From Phoronis australis (taxonomy: Eukaryota > Animalia > Phoronida), in NCBI GenBank assembly GCA_002633005.1, contig NMRA01000599.1:62001-126000 (forward strand): a stretch of 64,000 nt of DNA, read 5' to 3'. How positions within the stretch are numbered: position 1 is the stretch's first letter; each line of letters begins with the position of its first letter. This document shows positions 1-13,000 of this stretch, piece by piece. The notes under the pieces are model-generated. The model saw nothing but the letters and a program-made list of their open reading frames with translations, did no database searches and was not told the DNA's origin. The position numbers and the translations under genes were made by a program.

Positions 1-564
1 TTAAAAAATCTTTGGTTACTCATGTCTGTGAAACTCGGTGAAACTTTGTTACAAATATTTAATATTTTAAAGGTGTAATTCTGTTTGATGCAGTATTTTC
101 AGAGCAAGTTAACGTCAATGATCTCATTAATAGCTCGTTATTTTTGTACGTAGGCTTTAGCTAAGTAATCTATTCCCATGTGGTCGAGAGCAGACTGTTG
201 TGGTGCCTGCGCTAGCAACCTTCTGCACGCGTAGTCGTATAGGGCCTGTCCATGATCTCAAGGGACATATAAAGGCAGTAGATGTGTAGAATTGTTGTTA
301 AATTCACCTCAGGGAAGTTCAGAGCACACTCAAGTGACTGTTGTGTAGTATATACGAGTATAGAGTCTAATTTATCTTTGTTTGTGCCATGTAGAGTTGT
401 GTATAGTTTCAATCCTCCAATCCGATTCACTCGTCTGGAGGGGTCTGTCTGCTGCCCTCCTTGCGCATCGGCGACTGCGTAGAAGTTGATGTAGCAGGGA
501 GCAGTTATTTGAAAGTATTGTTTTGTGATAATTCTAACTAAAAGTCTGTAAATGTTTGTTTTGT

Positions 565-617
565 TGTAAATATGTACATATGTGTATAAAGTCTGTACAT
601 ATTGATGCTCAAATAAA
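565..617 (+). terminator. Probable 3' end of an unseen convergent plus-strand gene
   Basis: TGTAAATA 565-572, TGTACATA 573-580 and 594-601, then AATAAA 612-617 followed by T/GT-rich sequence. Confidence 0.4.
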
Positions 618-1000
618 TTGAGATTTTGTATTGTGATTGAGAATGATGTTTTGTATCATTACTACACAAAGTCGAAACTCTATTCGTATATAGCATATAA
701 ATTTGCCGATGTTGTAACAATGATTGCTCAAGTTTATAAAATAATCACAATTTTCTGTCACAAGCACTCCACAAATACTCTAATATTAGAAACTGTAAAA
801 GGGATATACATTACGAAGTCCTACATGTATGCAGCTTTCAAAATTGACATTAATGATTATGAAAATGTTTATACAAAAAACCCAGTAGCCACTTCAATGA
901 CTTCTCGTGCATCAAGAAAACTAGAAAATAATTAGTTTTGATAATATTCAGGTAATCTATCCAAATGGTATTGATACTGCTAGTATTCAAGAAACTATTA

Positions 1001-4000
1001 TTAACGTGCTGTCGATTTTGACCGTGTATTTTTTCTCGGTGTGAGTTTCTTCTTCTGATTAACCGATTTTTTGTTTGTCCGCGTCCTGAAGAGGGGGCTG
1101 GGACTACGCATGTTGGGATCGGCATTCTCTTCGTCACTTCCTCTTTCACTGTGTTGTTCTGGAAACAAAAATGTGGGATGTAAAAGTATTCACTGTGAAA
1201 AGAACCACCATTGGGAAAGCAATTCCTACAATCATTCCGAAATTGATTCCGAATTAGTAATTTTTTAATTGCACCCGACTGTGCAACAGTAAAACTTTGT
1301 TCGCATCAGAAAGGCAAACTAATTTGAAGCGAATTAGTGGTTAGCTCCGCAACAGTCAACAGTTGTGATGCAAGTACTCTGCGGACACCCAGGATAGTGG
1401 GTAATACTGCAGAACGAGCGACGACACTGTGAGAGTTGTACCGTGTTAAAAGTTGTTTTGCCTCAATATAGAGTTGCAGAGGTTGAAGACTCCACAGAGG
1501 CAAACAATCTCCCTTCTTACCTGTTGTTTTATCCACATCGAATAACTCCAGCTCACTGTCTTCATCCGAGCTAAATGACAACTTGGGCTTGCCCTTCTGT
1601 GTGCCTTTAGGGGTGCCCTTGTCTGCCGGGTGCTTCTCTGGTTCATCTCCGCTGTCGCCAGCCTCGTCCTCTGAGTCGCTGTCAATGGCCTGGCGTCCAC
1701 GACCCTTTCTCTTACCTGAAGCGGATAATTAGGAAAATAAAAAGCAAACCAAAAAACATCAGAGACTGTTGATGCCCTGACACTGGCGACCCTTTCTAGT
1801 ACTTGAAAATGGGGAAAATTAAAAAACAACAACAACAAAAAACAACATGCATTGTAGATGGCCGGATGCCCATTTCTCTTACCTGAAAGTTGATAATTGG
1901 GATACGAGCCATAAAGCGAGAGATTACCACCAGTGTGCTTATTAGCGAGGACATAAACGAATATTTCTGGACAGCGCTTTTGCACCATTAGCGCATAAAA
2001 AAAGAAGAAAATATAAAAAGTAAAATAAAATAAAAAGGTGCAAGTACATGGCAGAAGTGCACCCCCTGGGCACATATTTTAAAATGCAACACTCTTTCAA
2101 AAATGCAAGATTCTCGTCAACCTACAGGCAGTCAGGTAAAACATGACTCTGTTTCTATTTCGATTGCCCTTTGGCTTTGGGTTCAATTACATATGTTACC
2201 ACGTTAATTACACTAAGTCGGCTGAGCACAAGTTTTTTTAAAAAAAGCACACTTTTTATCATCACGTACGCACAAAGGGCACATGTTCGAACCTGGTCAG
2301 GAATATCCCTGCATAAATTATCAGTGGCACCGAGACAGGGTCCAATGGCTAAACAACAACTTTCGTGTTTTTTTTAAAGTAATTGCAAAAGTACACTCTA
2401 TAGCTGAGAGGAAAAGAATTACCGGTAATGTCATTTAAAAAGAGTAGGCCTTTGTCCACAGAATGTGATAAGTTTATTCGTTTTACAGCTTACTAGTGCA
2501 ATAATATAATTGCGTACTTTTGCTTTGAAAATGTTCACTTCCACACACACTACTGGGGATTCCGTCACCCATGTCCTGTATACTGTTGATGAACAGGACG
2601 GCTCTGTTAAACGAAGATTCGTTGGCAAAATGAAATGTTACACAACACAGAATTTCCAAAATCGGCATCAGCTTGTTTGTTCCAAAGACAATATTATTAA
2701 ACAATATAGCAACTGTAGTAAGCCTGAAATGTATTGAAGAGATGTCATTCATTGAGAAAATGTCAATTTTCACTCACACCAGTGCATCATTGTCCTACGT
2801 GGACAGGATGAAGACATGACCAACCAGAGAATCTTAATTTAGCAGGTCAAAGGTCACAAAGCTTATGCCTGGGATTCCACCTCGAAAGAGCTGCCTGTTG
2901 CAGGGGTAAAACATGCTGTATTCAAAGCACCCCCACTATTAATTTGTGGTTTTCAGGGACCTAATTGGTGTCATTTTGTAGGCTTATTACTTTGTATCCA
3001 CAATCTTATACTTCATGTAATTCTGGAAATTAATCCATTTTAGAAGCAGTCCCAAACTGGAGAACTTTTCCTATAACCGATGTTATGATATCAGTTTTAT
3101 CTACAATAAGACCATCTTCTGTCTTGAGACATCGCGCCAATATTTTCCAACTAAGGCCAGGGTCTTGAAAATGATGTCACAGTCATCCAATCAATTGGCA
3201 CCTGCAGATGCTCCCCTACAGCTAGATACAAAACACAAACATAATTTAACGCACCAACAACATTGTGCGACCTACACACATTATGCCAACAACATTTTCC
3301 ATGCCCGGATAGATGTGAACACTATAACCCCTGCCACGCATTAGCGTGAAGCAGGGGACAAAAATATGGAATTCAAATTGAGCCACACCAAAGTTATAAA
3401 ATTGAGCCCATTTTTAGTTAGTCGTTAATCAACCCAAATGAGCTCATTTTGTTAATTAACGTAATTACCAGTTTTGCAGGAAACAAGTAATTAGCGAGTA
3501 TCTAATCACAGAACCACACATGTAAGCAGAGTTCTAATAGGTCAACAGAATCTTCTAAGGAAAGGTTCGTTGCTGATTGACATTTAGGTTGTGTGTCCAT
3601 ACGCATTAATGAGATGTAATTTTTTTAAGCGTGACTTAAATATAGATTATTACATGGCGAAGTCGTTATCCCCCGTATTCTAGAGCCTGAGTGGATTTTG
3701 TGTGTTGCCATAAACATTTTACAGTTAGTAGTTAGTAGGGACGTGACCCGATCATTGCAGAGTCAGCCTGACTGAGTCCACAGTGTACATTGCTGTGTGC
3801 CAAGAGGAGTATTTTTTCAAATGTAGACGGATTTTTAGATTTAAACTGGAGTAAATATTTGAATGTCTGACCGTTGTGTAGTTGGAGGCTGTGGCAATAC
3901 GCCAAGGGCTGGGGTATCTTTGCACAAGTTTCCCACTGATTGAAGACTGCATCGCAAGTGAGAATACTTTGCGAAGTCCACGAGTGGAGCGTCGCCGTAT

Positions 4001-7000
4001 TCGGTAGTACGTAGCAAACATATATCTATGGACTGCTGTGAACCGAGTATGGTTGTAAACCAGGATGAGTGAACTTTTAAAGAGTATTCGAAACGGTACA
4101 TGCTGTCGCTTTCCAGAAGCTAGTGGGCCTTGAGCTAGTATTGACAACCTAACATTCAAAACGGTGGATAGCATCGACGGACACTGTCGGACAGGATTAG
4201 TGCTAGAAGTTGCCAGTAGATTGCCTTTCTTTTGAATTACAGTTTTTGCAACATACCGGTAAGTGTTTGTAGGTGGATGTGCTGAATAGCTTGATGCTCG
4301 TTACTTGTCGTTGCAATCCATTGAATTTTAGCCTAGTCGATCGCTAGCTGGACTGAATGAACAGTAAGAGTAGGACTGTCCAACCAATTTTTTTCCAATA
4401 GCAAAAAGACTTCCCACTCAATCAAAATCGGGTTACGCAGTGCACATTTATTGCAATTTTTGTGGCGACATTTAGGTCATATGTTTGGATTGGGTCGGCC
4501 ATCTTGGACAACAGCGGCATAAGTTATGAGTTTAAAACCGTGTAAATTATTTCCACCAAAAACTTACGATGAAATTTAGTGAGAAATATCTATACCTACT
4601 ATTCTGAGCGATTCAATAGTTTTCATTGGATTTCAGCCAAGCAGATGTTACATATTGAGTGATAAAAATGCTCACAATTCGCGTTGGACTTAGTCTCATT
4701 TCCGGCGGCACCGACAACATGGCGACTTCTGCTGAACTGAAGGGCATGTTCAATCGGCTATTTTGTACTTGGTGAAGACTTAACTTTGATACATTTTGAT
4801 GAAAGCTGCTATAAAAAAGCAACTTTGCACAATGGTTAATATGTTTTTGCGCAAAAAATATAGGGAATACTCTAATTATTGTAGTGTGAATATTCAATTC
4901 TGTTGACCATACACTCAGCTAAAAAATAATTGAAAAAGCTTTGAAATCGTTTTTTCTTTGGAAGTCAATTGCACTTCAAGGTTTGATTGTGTCACAACAT
5001 GATTCATATTTTTCTAAATTTTACGTATCAATCGTTCTTTCAATACATGCGTTGTAACTTTTTGCTTTTTTAATTCAAGTTATCAAGGCCCAAAATGTGA
5101 AGGCTCTTAATTAGAGTAACAGGCCATGTTGGATTGTGAAGCTTCCAGCCTCCAATCCTTTTTCCATACAACTTTTTATTTTTTCAAATCATGCTTGTCG
5201 AATTCTAATGTAAGGAAACACCTGGTCGCCATGGTAATAGTTAGGCATATCCACTTTCATATCATGTAAATTTGCCGTGTTGTTGGATAACGTTTGTATT
5301 GCTTAAATGTTCTAAAGTACTGTGCATTCTAGGTTACTTATTTTGGTAAAAGATTAGATCATTTTGGCTTACATATCAACTTTACTGTACTGAGATTATT
5401 TCAGTTTTGACTTACAGTAGATGTAACCTTCCACTACCTTGAAAATCTTTCACTGTAGAAACCACATGTATAATTCCGACTGAAAGCACTTGATTTTAAT
5501 TTGAACTGTCAATAGTCCTCTGATTTGTTCTTCGATTTCTATGACTCAGTGACCAAAGCATGGTAGAATTAGCTTGCCATAACGAATGCCTGAAATAATT
5601 TGTTCACTGGCATCTTCAGGTAATATTTCTTGATGCTTTGGGTTTATTATTATTTCAATAGATTAACACATGAATTTAAAGAACCAAGTTCAGAAGACTC
5701 CATTGAGATTGCCACCTCCACTCAAATTTCAATTATGTGTGGTTAAATTAAAAGGTGGCATCCTTCCTACTCACTGCTTAAAATGAAAAAATGAAAACTG
5801 TAATATTTTGTATTAGGCTTTATTATCTGTGATACACTGGTCTTTACATCTTGTTGGCAAAAAACAATTGAGTTGTGCCAACAAATGGAGTTGAAAGGAA
5901 TTATCATATGAGGCAAGCTCAATTTTGGACACTTGACTGCCTAAAGCCATTGCAATACACATATGTCTAACTGATCTGACATCACAGACAGTTATGTAAC
6001 CACATATGACTGTTCTCAGAATTGTCTCCGCTGAAGTTGTATAAGGTCATTACTGCTGGGCTTTTCTAATTAACCAAGCTGTGCGGACAAGAACTGCCCA
6101 GTGCAACAGATTCACACAGTACTTTTATTTGTGTTGAAAGGCATTTGGTTTGGTGTGAAACGATGTCTTTAAAGTATAAAATTTCTATCAAGAAAAACAG
6201 ATTCCACTCATTATTTAAAAAAAAAATTTGCAGGATATAGTATATTCAACTACTTATAATTTAGATCTTCCACATACTTTCAAGACTAAAAGCTGAAATT
6301 CAAGGCTTTCATTAAATTTAAGAACTATCAAGGCCAAGGTTCTGAATTCAAGTGCTCTTCAAGGCTGTGTGAACCATTGGCTCACATCTTTCCATGCCTC
6401 AATAGAACATGACTTCCACTCTCAAACAGACCATTCAGGGTATCCGTGAGTAAAAAAGGGTATAAAAGAGCCAATATTTTTGACAAGGTTGGTCAACCTC
6501 TCCAAGATTGAGTTTACGCATATCAATGGCTGGTGATATCTAAATTCACTCTGGCAGGGCAAACCGAGTGCTATCAATGGCTGGTGATATCTAAATTCAC
6601 TCTGGCAGAGCAAGCCAAGTGCTATCATGGCAAGCAAGAGCTTGAGACCAGGCGCAGGGTTCGAATCTTTGTACTCGAAATTGTTTGTCGACATCTTATA
6701 TTCTTCTTATGTGCAGATTCAATTATGGTTTTTAGTGATAAGTGTCTAGTCAAAGTTTGTACTTGATGACCTCCAGATTCAAGCTATAATCTCAAGCAAA
6801 AACTTGAAATTTAGTTTAGCATTAATGCTGGGGTCATCAAGTGCAAGCCAGGAGTAAACAATTATCCATGTAAACCATCGTGTGCCTAAGTGTAGAGTGA
6901 CACAATTTGCAGAAATGTAGACCGTAGAATGTCAAAAATAATTTCGAGTTCAATTACAAAAATTAGACACCATGCCCTGAGTCTGTCTGCCTACTTCAGA

Positions 7001-10000
7001 AATTCCAAGTTCAGACAGTGAGAAGTAAGGACCTGCCACACAAGTACAGATCACTTCAAGTGAAATTTAAGAGTTAATGAGACAAGAGTTCTAACACCTC
7101 CTTACCAGGGGTTTTGCCAGGAGTCTTGGCCGTCTTACGTCTCGTCTTGGCAGCCGCTGTTGCCTTGCTTGCCTTATCCGCAGCCTCGTTGTCATCTACG
7201 CCCTTCAGGTGGCAGTCTTCGATGCGCTTCTCAAGTTCTTCAACCAGAACCTACAGAGGCACGCACATGTAGTCGGGTCAACATTAGTGGACAGTCCATG
7301 AACAACATGGTGATAATTGGACAAAACACGAAACTCCTAGCTACAGCGAGACTAACAATTCCCACTCGGCTCAAATGATTATTGCAAACAGTTTGTTTTA
7401 CAACCAAGTTGCAGCTGATACCATTATCTATATCCGCTTGTGTTTAAACAAACGCCCAACTTTTCCATGTATCATATACACATGTATTGAGTCCAGTGCG
7501 CCTATGTGTACCCAGAATTCTGCACACACACCCATATATGGAACAGAAGAGTGAAACTGAAGAGTAAATTTCAAAAATATCAAGCGATTTAAACTTGAAT
7601 TATCTTTTTACAAAAATGGTTGATATAATTAGCAGGACAAGTGAAATTTCTTTTTTGAAGCTTTCTTGAATGACACGTTGCACCGAATAATTGCGTTGTC
7701 ACTTTCAATTTGTCCACCATAGCTGCCATCGGCCAATGTTTCAAGATATCGTGGACATCCCAAACAATGTTAGAGGACTTTCAAAAAAAAATTAAAAATC
7801 AATACGTCCGAAATTGGTAAGATTTTACCATACCCTCAATCAAGTTCAGCACATCTCAGTAGCTACAAGACAGCATGCCATTATACAAGTTCCCACTGAC
7901 CTTAGCCTCTGGTTTGGCAAACTTTTTAGCTCCACTGACCACCGTCATGAAGCAGGCGTGTACAGACTCCTCGCCCAGTTTGTCACTGAAGCAGGCAAAG
8001 TTCTCCTGCAGCTTGCGAATGCTCTTCTCACTATAGGACAACAGCGACAGACAGAAGGCCAGGTCGCGCCACTGGCGTTCCACTCTACAGGGTGAGAAAA
8101 ACTGGTAACAACACCGATAGAAGTGTAGGAAAAACAAGTGACTGCGTCATTGTCAAGTGAGAACAACATAGCCTCCTGTTCAACAATGGTAACAACAAAG
8201 ACACCTTCCGGTGGGAGAAATGTAGACTCCTAACGAAAGTTCTAAAATTTATACAGCTTGAACTGTGTGAGCAGGCCACAAAGAAAAGAAAAGTTCCACC
8301 AAAAAGCACACGGAAGTAACTGTACTTCACGACTACGACATTATGTTTCTATGTCAGCCTCTTTATCAACTTCACACTTTGACAAAATCTGACAGGCATG
8401 ACTTTAACATTCTTTCATATATTAATAAGTCATTAAGTTAATCCAAGTAAACCAATGAGAACACCTCTTACTTCAAGATTACTAACACAAAGAGGCCTCC
8501 AAGTTTGGATTACCTTTTCATGAGCACAATACCTAAATATGGAACGCAGTAAAGCACAATACACAGAACGGAACAAGATTAAAAAATCAAATTCAAGCAA
8601 CACCAGTACCTTGTGGCCCTAAATCGGAGGCAGAGTTTCTCGACCAGGCTCTCGCACTGTCTATCCTTTTGGATGAAGGAGAACAGGTACTTCATGACAA
8701 TACGGAAGTGGTCCTCTGGCACACCCACGTCGGGGTCCGACAGTCGACTGATGATGTCAGGCATTATGTTGTAGATGGCATTACCCTAGGAGACCGCAGC
8801 AGGTATGGGTCAGAGGTCATTTGTAAATTGTTTTCAAACGTAAAATTGTTACCTGTGTTAGTTTATTTATTGTTTGAGTCTTTGAAGCTACACCGAGTGC
8901 TGGGTCACCCTGGTTCACTTTCAATCATTGTAACTTAACTTAGAAGTTGGCATTTTTACCTGTCAAAACAATAAAACTTCAAAAAGTGAAATTTTCAAAC
9001 TTTCCATCACAGTGCACTGAACAAGAAATTCTGAAATGTTGTTTCAATTGTTTCTAGCATTACACATCACACTTATGAGGGTGCGCGGGTGATGTGTAGA
9101 AATAACTTTTAATTAATAGTCAAGTCACCTAACGACCTTCCGAGAACAAAGGGCAAAACTTGAATTGCTTAATGATCTACAAACGACTGCTTTTTTAAAT
9201 TTGTGGTCAAGTCACCTAATGACCTTCCGAGAAGACAGGGCAGAACTTGAACTCCTTAATGATCTACAAACGACTGCTTTATTAAATTTGCAAGATGGGA
9301 ATTTATGAATGAAAATTTGCCTCGATGATGACATGAACGAGAAACAGATAACTTGCATGGTTTTCCAGTAACCCCAACTGAGCCAAGGAATGACTCACCT
9401 TTCTGGAGAGCTCATTGAAGAACAGCTTGGCCAGTCCTGAGATGCGCTCATCGTCATCAACAATGCAGGTGGCCATCTCACTGATCTGACCTTTGACCTT
9501 GACCATGTCGTTGAGGATGAGGTGAGTGAGTACCATCATGGTATTCTTACGCACCTGTGGCGAGCTGTCGCGCAGTCTGCGGGATGCAATCATTAAAAAT
9601 GCGATCACTAATACCAGTAGCAAGATGAAAGCTTGTACACACGAGATTAAGTGCACCTATTGAGAAAACTGCACTTCACGATTAATGCGGTTTGCAATAC
9701 ATATAGCTAACAAACAACAACACTTGGTAAAACTAAGTGACAACGTTGTGTATTTGAGATTAGTCACAAGGTCGATTTGGACTAAGCAGTCGCAGTCCAA
9801 AACTTTGCTGGAAGAACTAAAACCCAATGAGGCAAATAGCTGTGTACGTGTTTTTAACCGTCACGGTTACCGGAATAGATTTCAGTTACTTGTAAAAATT
9901 TTTTGAATGCCTCCTTACACAGTTAAAAACATAAAAAAGGTTCTACCAAATAACAAACTGAAGTTGCAACCAAAATAGTTTTGGTAAACTGTATTTACTC

Positions 10001-13000
10001 CTCCAGACTTTATTATTATATACACTACTCGTAGACATGACTAGCAGGCTCTGAGCAATCAGTCAACAACAGAAGTGAAATGCTGCATGGGTTTTTAACG
10101 TGATTTTACCTGGCATACAAGTGGGGTGTCCATGGCTCAATCAGGTTAGGGAAACGGAAGGTGAGGTCTCCGAGGGCGATGATTGTGTTGGCTCTGATGA
10201 CGGGGTTGGGCGACTTCTCTAAGAGGGTAAACAACAGTTGGAGGTGAGCCTCGCAGAACTCAGAGCTGCAACAACACCAGGTAGATTTTAGAACCATGCA
10301 CAATTTGTTCTTTCACAACATCAACAAGCAATACATTTATATTAATGGCCTTAACAAATGATCCCAACATTAGATGATTTCAGTTTAGACTGGTACACAG
10401 GATTATTGTGACAAATGCCATAAATTTCATTCGAAATTCAGGTTTGTAAAGACAACTTATGCTCTTTTTGTTCTAATTTTGTAGAGATTTTTTGGAAGGT
10501 GTTCAGGTGACTACTTTAAAACTGCTACATTCAAATTATTTTACTTGCAAACTTGTAATTGTGAGGACTTTATGAGACAGAAAATTATCTATACAACAGT
10601 TTACTGCTGCTGGCAAAACAGCGAGAGATGTAATAAAAATATACCAAGTGTCCACAAGTTTGTTGTATCTATTTAGGAGTATCAGGTTGCAGAAAAAATA
10701 TACTGAACATAAAAACCTAGAGTGTCACAGCTTTTCTGGAAAATGAGACAATTACATCGTATTTATGAGCTCCACGTCACGTGTCACTCCAATATATTTT
10801 TTTGCAAGGGAGTTCCCAAGGGAATGTGTGAATGTGTATATATGAATGGATGACGTCTATATTTTTTCAAATTTGTTCTTGTTTCATAATTAAAAATAAA
10901 TATGAGTAATTTTTTACACAATTACAAAGTACTTCGTCACTTAAGCAATTTCCTCCATGAAGCACTTGATACTTGCAGTAGAGTGAAGCAATAGCCTTTG
11001 AATGCTTGAACACCATCTAAGTCAAATCCTAAATATCTCTAATCATCTCAGTGGACACATACGACTCAAGGTCTAGCTAACCCCCTATGAGTGGACTTAC
11101 CTGACCAAACTTGGATACAGCCGAAGTAAAAACATTGCCCAGCTATCTCCCCCTATCATTATATCTAAGTGGACTTGCCAGACCAGCACAACATAGCATT
11201 TAGAGATGATATCACAGCTGTGCCCCATCCTAGATCTAGCTATTCACCAGGGCTTGGAATGATCAATGACAAAAAACGCGGAAACTGTTATAGCCTAAAA
11301 CACGCGCGCTACCCAGCTTTCAAATAGTCGATGTGAGCCTTTCGCCGACAAAAGTCGGGAGGACTAAAAAAAAAAAACAAAAACAAAAAACGTTACCACC
11401 ATCAGTAGCATGCATCTGCGTCCCTTTAGGTCGTCCGTCCACTCCCACCCCCACACATTTTTGGCTGTGGAGCCGTAGTATTTGTCACCGCGGTTTCCAA
11501 TCACACGAGTCGCCATTGAAAATCCCACCACGCTATCCTAGATGCCCCGGCAATGTTGACAATTTACATTCCTCCGAAACATAAAGAGCAACTTCCGCTT
11601 TTCGAGGCGAATGTCGTCGGCAAAGCCGCGGTAAGAAAGGAATTTGCCGCGGAATTTTTTTTATCAAATCCGATTTTTTTTACGCGGAAATATAATAAAA
11701 TGCGCGGACAGAACATTTGAAAAAAGCGGAAATCCGCGTTTCCCCAGAAAATTCCAAGCCCTGATTCACCTCATTTGAACCAAGTGGACTCACCTGACCA
11801 TCATAAACTTGGCCAGAGCCAAAGTGGCGGCCGTGCGCAGCTCAGCATCAGGGTACTTTACCTGGTTGTTACACACAGACACCAGGATTGGTCGCAGCAT
11901 GGCCAGTAAGTTACCACCTGCATCAACAAATGCAATAGTGAAGGTTACATGTCGTAATTTAACCTATGTGTCGCAGAGTAGATACATGCATTCTTCCAGG
12001 GACCGTGACTGTCAAACTTCAGTCAAGACTTGACTCGAAAATTGATCATTCACGTGGCATGCCTAGAGTAAATTTTCAATTTTCACACACTGTAAATGAC
12101 CAATTCTCGAGTAAAGTGCTGAGACATGTTTAGTGGTCCAGGGCCCAAGCATAGTATTTACATACAAAAAGTCTGGGGTCTGTTTCACAACAACTCACAC
12201 NNNNNNNNNNNNNNNNNNNNNNNNNNNNNNNNNNNNNNNNNNNNNNNNNNNNNNNNNNNNNNNNNNNNNNNNNNNNNNNNNNNNNNNNNNNNNNNNNNNN
12301 NNNNNNNNNNNNNNNNNNNNNNNNNNNNNNNNNNNNNNNNNNNNNNNNNNNNNNNNNNNNNNNNNNNNNNNNNNNNNNNNNNNNNNNNNNNNNNNNNNNN
12401 NNNNNNNNNNNNNNNNNNNNNNNNNNNNNNNNNNNNNNNNNNNGAGATATAATGCAAATATTCAGTACAGCTACGCTATACACTTGATTCTAGTTACCTC
12501 TGCTGCTTTGTTGCTGATCCTTAGTTGCTATAGCAACCAATTTCTTGATGATCTCAGCACATATGTTATCTGGGTGTTCAGCCAGCCTGTAGATGGCGTT
12601 CACCGCCTGCTCAGCAAAAGGAATCCAATTTCTGTTGTGCAACTTTTCCACACCTGCGAAGCAAATTTGAACCTTTTCAGTGCAATTGCAAGTACTGCGT
12701 TTAATTCAGTTTCTCTCTTTCAAACATTGCTCGCTCACTCTACCGCATTCGTGCCAGAGACAACAGAAATTCTATAACCAAGGTCAAGCACATCAGGCTT
12801 AGCAATCAACCACGTTCACAACTGAAGAAGTCCGACCTGACATACCTGCATTTTATTGTAGCTTCCGAAATTTAACTGTCACTCTATACACCATGCAACT
12901 ACGTATGTAGTTGGCTGCACAATCAAACTGCTTTTGGTACTTATATAGCTCAACAAATTCAGCAAAAATGCTCAGCCAGAAAGTATTATGTAAGGTACAA

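Noticed and set aside
12126-12483. Long ORFs full of X (also 24305-25111)
   Set aside because: Artefacts of N-gaps.
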